Of a stretch of DNA of 64,000 nucleotides, positions 27,766 to 41,776 are shown one piece after another (the first letter of the stretch is position 1; every line of letters begins with the position of its first letter). Below the pieces are notes generated by a model, which did not search any database, had not been told where the DNA came from, and was given only the letters and a program-made list of their open reading frames with translations. The DNA comes from Myxococcota bacterium (GTDB lineage Bacteria > Myxococcota > B64-G9): the NCBI GenBank assembly GCA_035453905.1, contig DAOTDZ010000014.1, positions 150,452 through 214,451 of the forward strand. Reading direction: 5' to 3'. Both the position numbers and the translations under genes were made by a program.

Positions 27766-27993
27766 CGCTCCGCCTCCCTCCCATCCCCTGGCCCCGACCT
27801 GCAGCATCGCACTACCTCCGACGGAGTAGGAACCAGCCTGGTTCTGTCTTTTTATGTACTGGTTCCGGACCCGCTGCCAAGGGAAAAGATGTCCCCAGGT
27901 GGGGGTGCCGGTGTGACCGGAAAAATCGGACACGGTGGGCGCTCCGGAGGGGAGTCGAGCGCCTAACGCTTTGATCTTCAAGAGGATGCATTT

Positions 27994-28009
27994 TGGCCCT
28001 GGCTTTGCT
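27994..28009 (+). promoter_or_regulatory. Sigma-54-like promoter (TGGCCC-N5-TTGCT) upstream of comM/yifB. An upstream palindrome GGAACCAG…CTGGTTCC may be an enhancer-binding-protein site.
   Basis: GG and GC dinucleotides are spaced exactly as in TGGCAC-N5-TTGC. About 45 nt upstream of the ATG at 28054. Sits in an AT-richer intergenic region. Confidence 0.4.
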
Positions 28010-28053
28010 AGCGCCAGAGGCGGCGGGCATCCAGCCCGCCGGGGAGGAGGGCC

Positions 28054-29586
28054 ATGCTCGCCAGGGTGTTTTCCGGTGCCATTCTCGGGGTGGATGCCTT
28101 CCAGGTCGAGGTCGAGGTGGACATGGCCCGGGGGCTGCCCAACTTCGCCACGGTCGGGCTGGCCGAAGGGGCGGTGCGGGAGAGCCGGGTGCGGGTCGAG
28201 TCGGCCCTCAAGAACTCCGGCCTGGAGTTCCCCCAGAAGAGGATCACGGTGAACCTCGCCCCGGCCGACGTGCGCAAGTCCGGCTCGGCCTTCGATCTGC
28301 CCATCGCCCTCGGGCTGGTGGCCGCGGGGGAGGGCATCCCGGACGAGCGCCTGGCCCGCACCCTGGTGCTCGGCGAGCTGGGGCTGGCCGGAGAGGTCCG
28401 GCGGGTGCCCGGGGCCCTGGCCATGGCGCTGCTGGCCCAGCAGCAGGCGCTGGAGGAGGTGATCTGCCCGGTCGAGTGCGCCGCGGAGGCGGCCGTGGTG
28501 GAGAGCCTGCGGGTGATCCCGGTGCGCACCTTCCGGGAGGTGGTCGACCACCTGACCGGCGCGCTGCCCCTGCAGCCCTGCCCGCCGCCGGCTGCGCCCC
28601 TCCAGGGCGGGGGGCTCATGCCGCTGGACTTCTGCCACGTGCGTGGGCAGGCGAGCGCCAAGCGCGCCCTCGAGGTGGCGGCCGCGGGGGGCCACAACCT
28701 CCTGATGGTGGGCCCGCCCGGCTCGGGCAAGACCATGCTGGCCAGGCGGCTGCCGACCATCCTGCCGCCGATGACCTTCGCCGAGTCGGTCGAGGTGAGC
28801 AAGATCCACTCCATCGCCGGGCTGCTGCGCGCGGGCGCCGGCCTGCTCGCGGCCCGCCCGTTCCGGGCTCCCCACCACACGGTCTCGGACGCCGGCCTGG
28901 TGGGCGGGGGGGGGATCCCCAGGCCCGGGGAGGTCACCCTCGCGCACCGGGGGGTGCTGTTCCTCGACGAACTGCCCGAGTTCCGGAAACACGTGCTCGA
29001 GGTGCTCCGCCAGCCCCTCGAGGATCACCTGGTGACCATCGCCCGGGCCCAGACCACCATCACCTTCCCGGCCAGCTTCATGCTGGTGGCGGCCATGAAC
29101 CCGTGCCCGTGCGGGAACCTGGGCGATCCGCGGCACGCCTGCACCTGCTCCTCTGGCGCCATCCTGCGCTACCGGGAGCGCCTGTCCGGGCCGCTCCTGG
29201 ACCGGATCGACATCCAGGTGGAGGTCCCGGCCGTGGCCTGCGGCGAGCTGGTGAAGGCCGGGCCGTGCGAGGGCTCGGAGGAGATCCGCGCGCGGGTTTT
29301 ACGGGCGCGCGAGCGGCAGCGCGGCCGGTTCGAGCCCACCGCCGCCTCGGCCTGCAACGCGCACCTCGGCCCGGCCCAGGTGGAGCGCTGCTGCAAGCTG
29401 GGCGCGCCCGAGCAGGCCCTGCTGGAGATGGCCGTGCGCCGGCTGGGCTTCTCGGCCCGCGGCTTCGACCGCATCCTGAAGGTCGCCCGCACCGCGGCCG
29501 ATCTCGAGGGCGCCCCGGACATCCGGGCCGAGCACCTGGCCGAGGCCATCCAGTACCGCTCCCTGGACCGCCCGATTCAAGCCTAG
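28054..29586 (+). CDS. comM: YifB/ComM-family AAA+ ATPase (Mg-chelatase subunit ChlI-like)
   Basis: Lon-like N-terminal domain, Walker A GPPGSGKT, FLDELPEF, C-terminal Mg-chelatase C domain. Confidence 0.9.
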   Translation: MLARVFSGAILGVDAFQVEVEVDMARGLPNFATVGLAEGAVRESRVRVESALKNSGLEFPQKRITVNLAPADVRKSGSAFDLPIALGLVAAGEGIPDERLARTLVLGELGLAGEVRRVPGALAMALLAQQQALEEVICPVECAAEAAVVESLRVIPVRTFREVVDHLTGALPLQPCPPPAAPLQGGGLMPLDFCHVRGQASAKRALEVAAAGGHNLLMVGPPGSGKTMLARRLPTILPPMTFAESVEVSKIHSIAGLLRAGAGLLAARPFRAPHHTVSDAGLVGGGGIPRPGEVTLAHRGVLFLDELPEFRKHVLEVLRQPLEDHLVTIARAQTTITFPASFMLVAAMNPCPCGNLGDPRHACTCSSGAILRYRERLSGPLLDRIDIQVEVPAVACGELVKAGPCEGSEEIRARVLRARERQRGRFEPTAASACNAHLGPAQVERCCKLGAPEQALLEMAVRRLGFSARGFDRILKVARTAADLEGAPDIRAEHLAEAIQYRSLDRPIQA

Positions 29587-29612
29587 CGGCGGGCTGGTGT
29601 AGGATTGGACGC

Positions 29613-31508
29613 ATGGTTGCCTCGCCGCTCGCCGCGTCTGCTGGAGGCTCCAGGCTGCTGGCTCGTCCCTGGCTGCCCGCCCTGATCGTCGTGGGCCTGG
29701 CGCTGGCGGTGCGGCTGGTGATCCTGTGGCAGTCCCAGGCCAGCCCGACCTTCGCGGCGCCGATCATCGACTCGGCCCGCTACGACCACCTGGCCAGGGC
29801 GCTGGCCGCGGGTGAGGACCCGGGCGCCGAGCTCTACTGGCAGCCGCCCGCCTACCCGCTGCTGCTGGCCGGGCTGTACGCGTCGAGCGGCGGCTCGATC
29901 CTCCTGGCGAAGCTGGTGCAGGCCCTGGCCGGCGCCTGCACGGCCCTGCTCGCCTGGCGGCTCGGCCGGCGGCTGGTCGGCGCCGCGGGCGGGTGGCTGG
30001 CCGGGCTGTGCGTCGCGCTGTACGGGCCGCTGGTCTACTTCGAGGGGGAGCTCCTGGCGGAGGGCTGGGCGGCGCTCCTGGCCCCGGCGCTGGTGCTCGC
30101 GCTGCTCCACGTCGCGGAGCGCGGTGGGAAGCTGGCCGGGCTGGGCGCCGGGCTGCTGCTGGGGCTCTGCTGGCTCACCCGGCCGACCTTCGCGCCGGTC
30201 TGCCTGGCCGGCCTGGCCTGGCTGGCGTGGAGGCGCTGGCGGCTGACCCCGCGCCTGGCGGCGCTGGCCCCAGTCGGGCTGGCCGCGCTCGCGCTCGGGG
30301 TGACGCTGGGCGCGCTCGGGCTGGCCTCGGCCCACGCGCTCGGGCGGCCCGCCCTGTTGCCCCTGTCCGGGGGCCTGAACCTGCACCTCGGCAACCAGCC
30401 CGAGCTGTGCCGCGGGCTGACGCTCCGGCCCGGGGCGGGCTGGGACGAGCTGGTCCACGAGGCCGAGGCGGCGGGCGCGGGCCAGGATCCCTTCGCCCAG
30501 CAGGCCCACTTCGCGGGCCGGGCCTGGGGCTTCGCCGCGGCCGATCCCCTGGGCTTCGCCCGCGGGCTGGGCGCGAAGGCCCTGCGGCTGGTGAGCGGGC
30601 GGGAGCTGCCGCGGAACACCGACGTGTACACCGCGGCCGGGTACGCGCCACTGCTGCGGGTGCTGGTGTGGAAGGCGGGCGGCTTCGGCTTCCCCTTCGG
30701 CCTGCTGCTGCCGCTGGCCGCGCTCGGGCTCGTCTTCTTCCGGCCGAGCTTCCCCGGGCCGGTCTGGCTGCTGCTCGGGCTGTGGTCGGCCTCGCTGGTG
30801 TGGGTGCTGGTGGCCGACCGCTACCGCGTGGTGCTCGTGCCGGTGCTGGCCGCGCCGGCCGCGGCCGGCGCCCTGCTGCTGGTCGAGCGCGCGCGGCGCA
30901 GGCGCTGGCGCGAGCTCTTGGCGCCGGTCGCGCTCCTCCTGGGCGTGGGCGCCCTGGCCTGGGCGCCGGGGCCGTTCTGCGAGGAGCAGGGGCCCTTCGA
31001 GGCCGAGCTCCACCTGGGGGCGGGCGCGTACCACCAGTCCCACGGCCGCCCCCGGGAGGCCCTGGCCGCCTACCGGCGCGCCCTGGCCCTGCAGCCCGGG
31101 TTCCGCGAGGCGCGGGCCAACCTGGCCGGGCTGGACAGCCAGCTCGGGCGGCTCGCGCTCCAGCGCCGGGACCCGGCCGCGGCCGAGGCGCACCTCGCGG
31201 AGGCTGTGGACCTGGGCCAGGCGGATCCGGCCACACTGAACGATCTGGCCTGGCTGCTGGCGGGCGGGGAGGGGAAGCGCTCCTCGCCCGTGGACTGCGC
31301 GCGGGCGGTCGAGCTCGGCGAGCGGGCGGTGGCGCTCACCTCGCGCCAGGACCCGGCCATGCTGGACACGCTGTCGCTGGCGCTGCTCTGCGGGGGGGAG
31401 CGGGCGCGGGCGGCGCAGGTGGCCCGCGAGGCCCTGGCGCTCGCCGAGCAGCGCGGCCTGACCGAGCTCGTCCACTCGCTCCGCGCCCGGCTCGAGCCCG
31501 GCCCGTGA
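29613..31508 (+). CDS. GT-C fold glycosyltransferase (ArnT/PMT-like, GT39/GT83) with C-terminal TPR repeats
   Basis: Polytopic membrane N-terminal domain with an ArnT/PMT-type loop motif (IIDSARYDHLARAL). TPR-like tail. Internal ATG of the long track ORF. Confidence 0.7.
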   Translation: MVASPLAASAGGSRLLARPWLPALIVVGLALAVRLVILWQSQASPTFAAPIIDSARYDHLARALAAGEDPGAELYWQPPAYPLLLAGLYASSGGSILLAKLVQALAGACTALLAWRLGRRLVGAAGGWLAGLCVALYGPLVYFEGELLAEGWAALLAPALVLALLHVAERGGKLAGLGAGLLLGLCWLTRPTFAPVCLAGLAWLAWRRWRLTPRLAALAPVGLAALALGVTLGALGLASAHALGRPALLPLSGGLNLHLGNQPELCRGLTLRPGAGWDELVHEAEAAGAGQDPFAQQAHFAGRAWGFAAADPLGFARGLGAKALRLVSGRELPRNTDVYTAAGYAPLLRVLVWKAGGFGFPFGLLLPLAALGLVFFRPSFPGPVWLLLGLWSASLVWVLVADRYRVVLVPVLAAPAAAGALLLVERARRRRWRELLAPVALLLGVGALAWAPGPFCEEQGPFEAELHLGAGAYHQSHGRPREALAAYRRALALQPGFREARANLAGLDSQLGRLALQRRDPAAAEAHLAEAVDLGQADPATLNDLAWLLAGGEGKRSSPVDCARAVELGERAVALTSRQDPAMLDTLSLALLCGGERARAAQVAREALALAEQRGLTELVHSLRARLEPGP

Positions 31509-31658
31509 CCGATTTACGGACACCCCTGCGGACACCTCGCTCCCCCGCCGCCGCGTAACTGCCTGTTTTCCCTGGCCCGGGTCGCTGGCCCGAGGCTTGC
31601 AAGGCAAGCTGGCACCCCGGCGCGGGGCCGGGGCTGGCGCGACCAAGGGAGGTGAGGG

Positions 31659-32665
<1,007 letters not shown>

Positions 32666-32666
<1 letters not shown>

Positions 32667-33566
32667 TGGACGGGGCCGAGGGCACCGCCCGGGTGCTGGC
32701 GGAGCGCAACCCGCCCACCCGGCGGGTGCCGTGCCTGGTGGTGCTCACGGGCCGGGAGGCCGGGCGGGTGCTGGCCATCGCGCGCGGCGAGCACATCCTC
32801 GGCCGGGGGCCGGGCGCCAGTCTGCGCCTGGAGGATCCGGCCATCTCCCGGCGGCACGCCCGGTTGATCGCCCGCGCCAGCCGGCTCGAGGCCGAGGATC
32901 TGGGCAGCACCAACGGGCTGTGGTGGAACGGGCAGCGGGTGCCGCGGGCCGCGCTGCTGGACGGAGACCGGCTGCAGCTCGGGGACTGCCGGCTGGCCGT
33001 GCGCTGGAGCGGCGCGGACGAGGGCCGCCTGTGGCGGCAGCTCTACCTGCGCGCCACGCGGGACGCCCTGACCGGCCTGCACAACCGCCCCAGCCTCGAG
33101 GAGCGCCTGGCCCGCGAGCTGGAGCGCCACGGGCGCTACCGGCGCGGGCTGGCGCTGCTGGTGCTCGACCTCGATCGCTTCAAGAGCCTGAACGACGCGC
33201 ACGGCCACGCGGCCGGAGACGCCGTGCTGCGGGCGACGGGTCAGGTGCTGCGCGCGCAGCTGCGCGCCTCCGATCTGGCCGCGCGGGTGGGGGGCGAGGA
33301 GTTCGTGGTGCTGCTACCGGAGTGCGATCCGGCCCAGGCCCGCGAGGCGGCCGAGAAGCTGCGCCGGGAGCTGGCCGGCCTGGAGGTGGCCGGTCCGGGG
33401 GGAGCGCGCCTGAGGGTGACCGCCTCCGTGGGGGTGGCGCTGGCCGGCCCGGCCGCGGACAGCCCCGCCGCCCTGCTGGCCAGGGCGGACGCGGCCTGCT
33501 ACCGGGCCAAGCAGGGCGGCCGGGATCGGGTCTGCTGCGCCCCGCCCGCGGGCGGCGGGGAGCCGG

Positions 33567-33577
<11 letters not shown>
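32666..33577 (+). CDS. FHA-domain diguanylate cyclase (FHA + GGDEF, active-site GGEEF)
   Basis: Its ATG overlaps the recA TGA (TGATG). FHA motifs GR...SRRHA...STNG. GGDEF domain with RVGGEEF. Confidence 0.85.
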
Positions 33578-35288
<1,711 letters not shown>

Positions 35289-35404
35289 GCGCGCTCACCT
35301 CGCGGGAGGGCGACCCTGCCGGCCTGCCCACCCAGCCATGGGATGGTGCGGATTATCGGGTCCTGGACCGGGGGTGTCAACCCGGGCGGTCCGCCCGGCC
35401 GACC

Positions 35405-37837
35405 TCAGGAGCGACGGGCGCAGGCCGGGACGTAGGAGACGAAGCCGGGCCGCACGTCCACGCGGATGGCCTGGCAGGAGTAGGTGTCGGCGGGCTCGCA
35501 GTCGGCGTCGGTGGCGCAGGACTGGGAGCAGTACTCCATACCCGCGCCGCCGCCGCCCTCGATCAGGCACAGGCCCGTCCAGCAGACCTCCGCGCCCAGC
35601 TGGCAATCCGCCCCGAGCTGGCCGGAGCCCGGCCCGCCGACGTCGCACAGGTACAGGGCCGCGGTGCCGGTCTGGTTGTAGTCCATCTCGCAGGCCTCCC
35701 CGGAGCGGCAGTCCGAGTTGACCGTGCAGGGGCGCTTCTCCGGCTTGCACAGGTTGGTCGTGTCGTACACCGGCTGCCCGGAGTTGTCGTCGCCCAGGTA
35801 GAAAACCTGCGTCCAGCAGGTGAACTCCCGCTTGCAGAGGTTGTCCTCGCACAGGTAGCCGAGCTGGCAGGTCTCGTCGTTGGCGCAGCTCGTGGCGGTC
35901 TCGAAGGTGGGGCAGTCGGCGTCCGAGACGCACACGCCCAGGCAGTAGCCCCAGTTGCCGCACCAGACCGAGAAGCAGTTGGTCGGGTTGGAGCAGGGCG
36001 CGCCCGTGTTGTCGTAGCCGGGGCCGGAGCCGTACTGGCACTCGGTGATGAGCGACAGCCCGTCCGCGTTGAGGAACACCTGGCAGGAGCGGCCGGCGGG
36101 GCAGTCCGCGTTCCGCCCGCAGGAGTTGGGATCGCGCGTGCAGGCGTAGACCAGGTGATCCGTGCCGCCCATATCCGGGATGTAGACCCCTCCGCACACG
36201 GTGCCCTGCACGCAGTCCGAGTTCGTCACGCACATGTCGGAGCAGGTGCCGGTGGCGGCGCCGTCGCACAGGCGGTCACCGCACACGCACAGGTTGTTCT
36301 CGCAGTCGGAGTTGGAGGTGCAGGTCCCGCCGGCCTGCTGCCCGCCGGCGTTGGGCGAGCGGCACAGGGTGAGCACGTCGGTGTTGGTCTGGCGGAAGGA
36401 GCACACCCGCGACATGGAGCAGTCCGGCGAGCGGCGGCAGATGGTCTCCCCGCTGACCTCCGGCATGCAGCTCTGGATGTTGCCGGTCACCTCGGCCAGG
36501 GTGTAGGACACCGTCTGGCACGTCGTCCCCTCGTAGTCCGCGCAGTGCAGGTCGTCCTCGCAGATCGCGCCGCAGGAGCGGGAGATGCACAGGGAGTTGA
36601 CGCACAGGATGCCCGCGTTCTCGTCGCAGTAGTAGCCCGGCTGGCGGTTGCCGGGGATGGTCTCGATGCACTCGGTCACCAGCTGGGTGGAGGTCTCGTC
36701 CACGACCACGCCGCACAGCTGCCCGGCCGTGGTGCAGTCCGGATCCTGGTGGAAGGTGCAGGCGGTGCCCTCGTCCTGGCGCTCCAGGATGAACGAGCAC
36801 TGCGGCGAGCAGACGATGGTGAAGGCCGAGGTCAGGCTGGCCTTGGCGCTGCAGGGGAACCCCAGCCCGCCGCACTCGACGTAGAAGTTCATCTGCGAGT
36901 CGATGTGGCCCGTGCAGTAGATGGCGTCGATGCTGAAGGTCAGCGTGCAGCCGGTCTGGGTGAACTCGACGTTCTGGGCGTTGGAGATCTGCAGGCAGTA
37001 GGAGGTGATGTTGTATAGCCCGCTGAGATCCGGGCAGGTCGGGGTCTGCTCCGGGTTGACCGTGTCGTTGGTCTGCTGGCACTCCGGGATCTCGTCGATC
37101 TGCCCGTCGCAGTCGTTGTCCATGTTGTCGCAGCGCTCGGCGACCTCGGGGTTCACGGCGGCGTTGCGGTCGTCGCAGTCATCGCCGCCCACGAACACCG
37201 CGTTGTGCAGGTCTCCGTCCACGTCCCCGTCGCGGGAGGTCGGGTCGCAGTCGTCGTCCAGGTTGTTGTAGATGACCTCGGAGGCCGCCGGGTTGACCTT
37301 GACGCTGTTGGCGTCGCCCTGCACGTCCAGGCAGTCGCAGCAGTCGCCCCAGCCATCCATGTCCCGATCGCGGCCCTGGTTCATCGTGCCCGCCGCGGAG
37401 CAGTCCGGGATGCAGCTGCCGGTGGCCACCTCGCACACGAAACCCTCCAGGATCGAGGCGTCTCCCGAGCAGTCCGCGTCCGTGGCGCAGGCGCCGGCCG
37501 TCGGCTGCTGGGGCTCGCAGCCCGGAGGCGGCGGCCGGTCCGCGTTGTCGTTCTCGTTGTGGTCCTGATCGTTGCCGCCGAACAGCTCGTAGCAGCGGCC
37601 GAGGGCCTGGTCGCAGCGCTGCATGACCGTGTCGCAGTCCAGGTCGGTGGTGCACTGCCCCAGGACCATGCGGCTGTAGCGAGAATCCACCACGCAGCGG
37701 TTCGTGGTGGTGTCGCACACGTAGCCGGTCTGCGGGCAGTCGGTGTCGTAGCGGCATTCGCCGCTGCTGCCCGTGCAGGCCGGGAGGGCCAGGGCGGCAG
37801 CCATCAGCGCGCACACCACAAGCGTCAGGCGCTTCAT
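35405..37837 (-). CDS. Large Cys-rich secreted lipoprotein with MopE-like putative metal-binding motifs (DNDCDGQIDE, DDDCD)
   Basis: Start MKRLTLVV has AGGAGG with a 6-nt spacer. Lipobox LALPAC. Cys-rich throughout. Confidence 0.8.
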   Translation of the reverse strand: MKRLTLVVCALMAAALALPACTGSSGECRYDTDCPQTGYVCDTTTNRCVVDSRYSRMVLGQCTTDLDCDTVMQRCDQALGRCYELFGGNDQDHNENDNADRPPPPGCEPQQPTAGACATDADCSGDASILEGFVCEVATGSCIPDCSAAGTMNQGRDRDMDGWGDCCDCLDVQGDANSVKVNPAASEVIYNNLDDDCDPTSRDGDVDGDLHNAVFVGGDDCDDRNAAVNPEVAERCDNMDNDCDGQIDEIPECQQTNDTVNPEQTPTCPDLSGLYNITSYCLQISNAQNVEFTQTGCTLTFSIDAIYCTGHIDSQMNFYVECGGLGFPCSAKASLTSAFTIVCSPQCSFILERQDEGTACTFHQDPDCTTAGQLCGVVVDETSTQLVTECIETIPGNRQPGYYCDENAGILCVNSLCISRSCGAICEDDLHCADYEGTTCQTVSYTLAEVTGNIQSCMPEVSGETICRRSPDCSMSRVCSFRQTNTDVLTLCRSPNAGGQQAGGTCTSNSDCENNLCVCGDRLCDGAATGTCSDMCVTNSDCVQGTVCGGVYIPDMGGTDHLVYACTRDPNSCGRNADCPAGRSCQVFLNADGLSLITECQYGSGPGYDNTGAPCSNPTNCFSVWCGNWGYCLGVCVSDADCPTFETATSCANDETCQLGYLCEDNLCKREFTCWTQVFYLGDDNSGQPVYDTTNLCKPEKRPCTVNSDCRSGEACEMDYNQTGTAALYLCDVGGPGSGQLGADCQLGAEVCWTGLCLIEGGGGAGMEYCSQSCATDADCEPADTYSCQAIRVDVRPGFVSYVPACARRS

Positions 37838-37972
37838 CGTGGACCTCCTGGAAAGCCGACTCATCCCTGGCTACAAGTTAGAACAAAAACCGCGCTGGGT
37901 CAATGTGGTAGCGTGTGCGGGCCCGGGGCCGGGCCGGACGGCGGTCAGGGCGGAGCGGGGGGGCGGACCGGG

Positions 37973-39640
37973 TCAGTAGTCGTCGACGGGCATCGGGGCC
38001 GACGGGCGGCGGCCCTGACGAATGGCCTGCGGATCGACGTCGGTGAGCAGGCTCTCGTTCGTCTCGACGCGGGCCTGCGCCAGGCGATCGGACAGCCAGG
38101 TGCGCAGCTGCGCCGCGCGGCGGCCGCGCAGGATCTCCAGGCGCAGATCCTCCTTGGCCTGGGCGAACATGCCCATGTCGGGCTCGGCCCTGTCGGCCAG
38201 GCGGAAGACCACGTACTCCTTGCCGCCCAGAGGGTTGTCCACCTCGAACACCTGCTCCGGGTAGGGCTGCTCCTTGGTCAGCGCGAAGGCCGCGCGCGCG
38301 AGCGCCTTGTCCAGGCCGAGCTGGGGCAGGTAGCCCATCATGCGCGCCACCAGGCCCGTCTTGCGGGCCTGGGGCTTGGGCGCGGGCGGCGCCTTGGGCG
38401 CGTCCGCCGGCTGGGCCGGGTCCGCCGTCTCGGCGGGTTTGGGCAGGAGCTCCTCGAGGGTCTTGCCGGCCTTCATCTCGGCGAACAGCCGCTCGGCCTC
38501 GGCCTTGGCCTTGGCCCCCGCCCGCTCCTCCAGCAGCAACCCGCGGGCCAGCTCCTGCTCGACCTTCTCCAGCGGGGTGATCTCCGCCTCGACCACCTTC
38601 AGCACCTTGAACACGTGGAAGCCCTTGTCCGACTTGACCACGCCGCTCAGCTCCCCCTCCTTGAGGGCGAAGGCGGCCTCGGCCAGGGGCGCGCCCCAGC
38701 GCGCGGTCAGCTCGTCGCGGCCCATGAGCGGCAGCTCGCCGCCCTTCTCGCGGGTGGCGTCGTCCTGGGAGTACTCCTTGGCCTGCGCGGCGATCTCGGC
38801 CCCCTTGACCAGGTCCTCGTGGGTCAGCTCGGCCCGCTCCTTGCGGTCGGCGACCACGTCCTCGCTGGCGCCCTGCTCGGTCTCGAAGAATACGTGGGCG
38901 ACCTGCACCTTCTTGGGCTTGTTGTACTGCGCGTCGCGCTCCTTGTAGGCCGCCTCGACGCGGGCCCGGTTGGCTCCAAGGAACTCGGCCACCTCGGCGT
39001 CGGTGGCCTGCGCGTCCTGGCGGAACATGGCGCTCGAGAGGCGGACGTACTCCACGTCGACCTTGGACTCGTGCAGGCGGTAGCTCTGCTCCAGCTCCTC
39101 GTCGGTGACGCGGGCGGCCTCCTGGATGACCCCGGACATGCGCTGGGCCAGCATCTGCTGGCGCCACATCTCCTCGAACACGGTCGGGGAGGTCTCGAAG
39201 TAGCGCTGGATGATCAGCTTGTACTTGCTGAAGTCGAAGCGCTTGTTGTCGTCCAGGAACATGGGCGACTTGCGGATGTCGGCGTTGCGCTCCTCGTCGC
39301 TCACCCGCAGGCCCACCTCGCGGGCCGCCTGGATGAGCAGCGTCTGCTCGATCAGGCTCTCGATCACCCGCTGGCGCATGGCCAGCTTCTCCTCGCGCTT
39401 CAGGCCCCGCTCCTTGCGGTTGGCGAGCGTGTTGCGCAGATCGGTCCGGAAGGCGAACAGGAAGGTGTCCTCGGTGATCGGCTCGCCGTTGACCATGGCG
39501 GCCACCGGCATACCGCTGCAGCCCCCCGAACGGAAGCCGGCGGAGCCTGCGCCGAACGAGAAGACGAACACGAAGATGATGAACCCGAACAGCAGGATGA
39601 CGATGGCCGACTGGGCCTGGGTGCGCATCTTGTCGAGCAT
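37973..39640 (-). CDS. PpiD/SurA-like periplasmic chaperone / peptidyl-prolyl isomerase (SurA N-domain + PpiC rotamase)
   Basis: Start MLDKMRTQAQSAIVILLFGFIIFVF has an N-terminal TM anchor. AGGAG upstream. PpiC-type rotamase region and SurA-like N-terminal domain. Confidence 0.8.
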   Translation of the reverse strand: MLDKMRTQAQSAIVILLFGFIIFVFVFSFGAGSAGFRSGGCSGMPVAAMVNGEPITEDTFLFAFRTDLRNTLANRKERGLKREEKLAMRQRVIESLIEQTLLIQAAREVGLRVSDEERNADIRKSPMFLDDNKRFDFSKYKLIIQRYFETSPTVFEEMWRQQMLAQRMSGVIQEAARVTDEELEQSYRLHESKVDVEYVRLSSAMFRQDAQATDAEVAEFLGANRARVEAAYKERDAQYNKPKKVQVAHVFFETEQGASEDVVADRKERAELTHEDLVKGAEIAAQAKEYSQDDATREKGGELPLMGRDELTARWGAPLAEAAFALKEGELSGVVKSDKGFHVFKVLKVVEAEITPLEKVEQELARGLLLEERAGAKAKAEAERLFAEMKAGKTLEELLPKPAETADPAQPADAPKAPPAPKPQARKTGLVARMMGYLPQLGLDKALARAAFALTKEQPYPEQVFEVDNPLGGKEYVVFRLADRAEPDMGMFAQAKEDLRLEILRGRRAAQLRTWLSDRLAQARVETNESLLTDVDPQAIRQGRRPSAPMPVDDY

Positions 39641-39753
39641 TTCCGCCTCTCCTCGCGCCCGCCGCCCTGGGGGGCGCTCGATGGAGCGTAGATGATACCC
39701 GGGCAAGCCGCCGTTTCAAGAGAATTCTCACCTTCGGGGCGGGCCGCATTTTA

Positions 39754-39782
39754 CTTGCTAACCCCCTGGGTTTTTTGTAAAT
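39754..39782 (+). promoter_or_regulatory. Sigma-70-like promoter for mreB: TTGCTA, 17-nt spacer, TG-extended TAAATC
   Basis: Element sequences and spacing read directly. Located about 80 nt upstream of the mreB ATG. Confidence 0.35.
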
Positions 39783-39857
39783 CACGGGGGGCTGCCAGGT
39801 GGCAGCTGGGTCGCATGACACGCGGGTGGGCTCGCGGGCCTCGCCCGGTGGAGATAG

Positions 39858-40903
<1,046 letters not shown>

Positions 40904-40904
<1 letters not shown>

Positions 40905-41776
40905 TGTCCAACCCGCCCCGCAACCGGCGCTGGCTGGCCGCCCTGGGGCTGAGCCTGTTCGCCCTGCTGCTGCTCGCGGCCCAGCTGCGGGCGCCGCACG
41001 AGCAGAACTGGATCGATCGGGTGGTGCTGTGGCTGACCGCCCCGCTGCAGAAGGCGGTCGGCTGGAGCCTCGAGGGCGGGGCCTCGCTGTGGCGCTCCTA
41101 CGTCTGGCTGGTCGACGTCGAGGAGGAGAACGCCCGCCTGCGGACCGAGCTGGCCGCGCTGCGCAACACGCTCACGGACCAGCGCACCCTGCTGGCCGAG
41201 AACGAGCGGCTGCGCGAGCTCACCCGCATGCGCAGCCAGCTCGGCGCGCTGCCCGTGACCGGCGCGCGGGTGATCGGGCTGGGCACCTCGCCCGTCTCGC
41301 GCGTCGTGCGCATCGACGCGGGCGCCAGCGAGGGGGTGCAGGTCGGCGACGCGGTGGTGGCCGGTGGTGGCCTGGTGGGCAGGGTCTCCGGGGTGAGCGG
41401 TGGCTGGGCGGAGGTGCTGCTGCTGGTGGACAGCCGGGCCGCGGTGGACGTGGTGGTGGAGCGCTCCCGGGCCAGGGGAATCGTGCGGGGACGGGGCGAT
41501 CTGCGCGGCGTGGATGTGGATCATCTGGTGCGCACCGCGGATGTCCAGGTCGGCGACGAGCTGGTCACCTCGGGCCTGGGCGGGACCTACCCGTCCGGGC
41601 TGCGCGTCGGCACGGTGCTCTCGGTCACCACCCCCATGGTGGGGGTGTTCCGCGACGCCGAGCTGACCCCGGCGGTGGACTTCGCCCTGCTCGAGGAGCT
41701 CCTGGTCGTGCGCGCGCCCGTGCCCGCGCCGCGCCCCGGCGAGGGCGGCGGAGCGGGCGAGGGGAGGGCGCCGTGA
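40904..41776 (+). CDS. mreC: Rod shape-determining protein MreC
   Basis: Its ATG overlaps the mreB TGA. N-terminal TM helix, coiled coil, MreC beta domains (GxxVVxxGGLVGRV). Confidence 0.9.

Noticed and set aside
27766-29136. N-terminal 450 aa of the 593-aa ORF 27355..29136 fused to the response regulator
   Set aside because: Arg/Gly-rich junk antisense to comM. The regulator starts at the GTG at 27765, downstream of a strong GGGAGGGAGG site.
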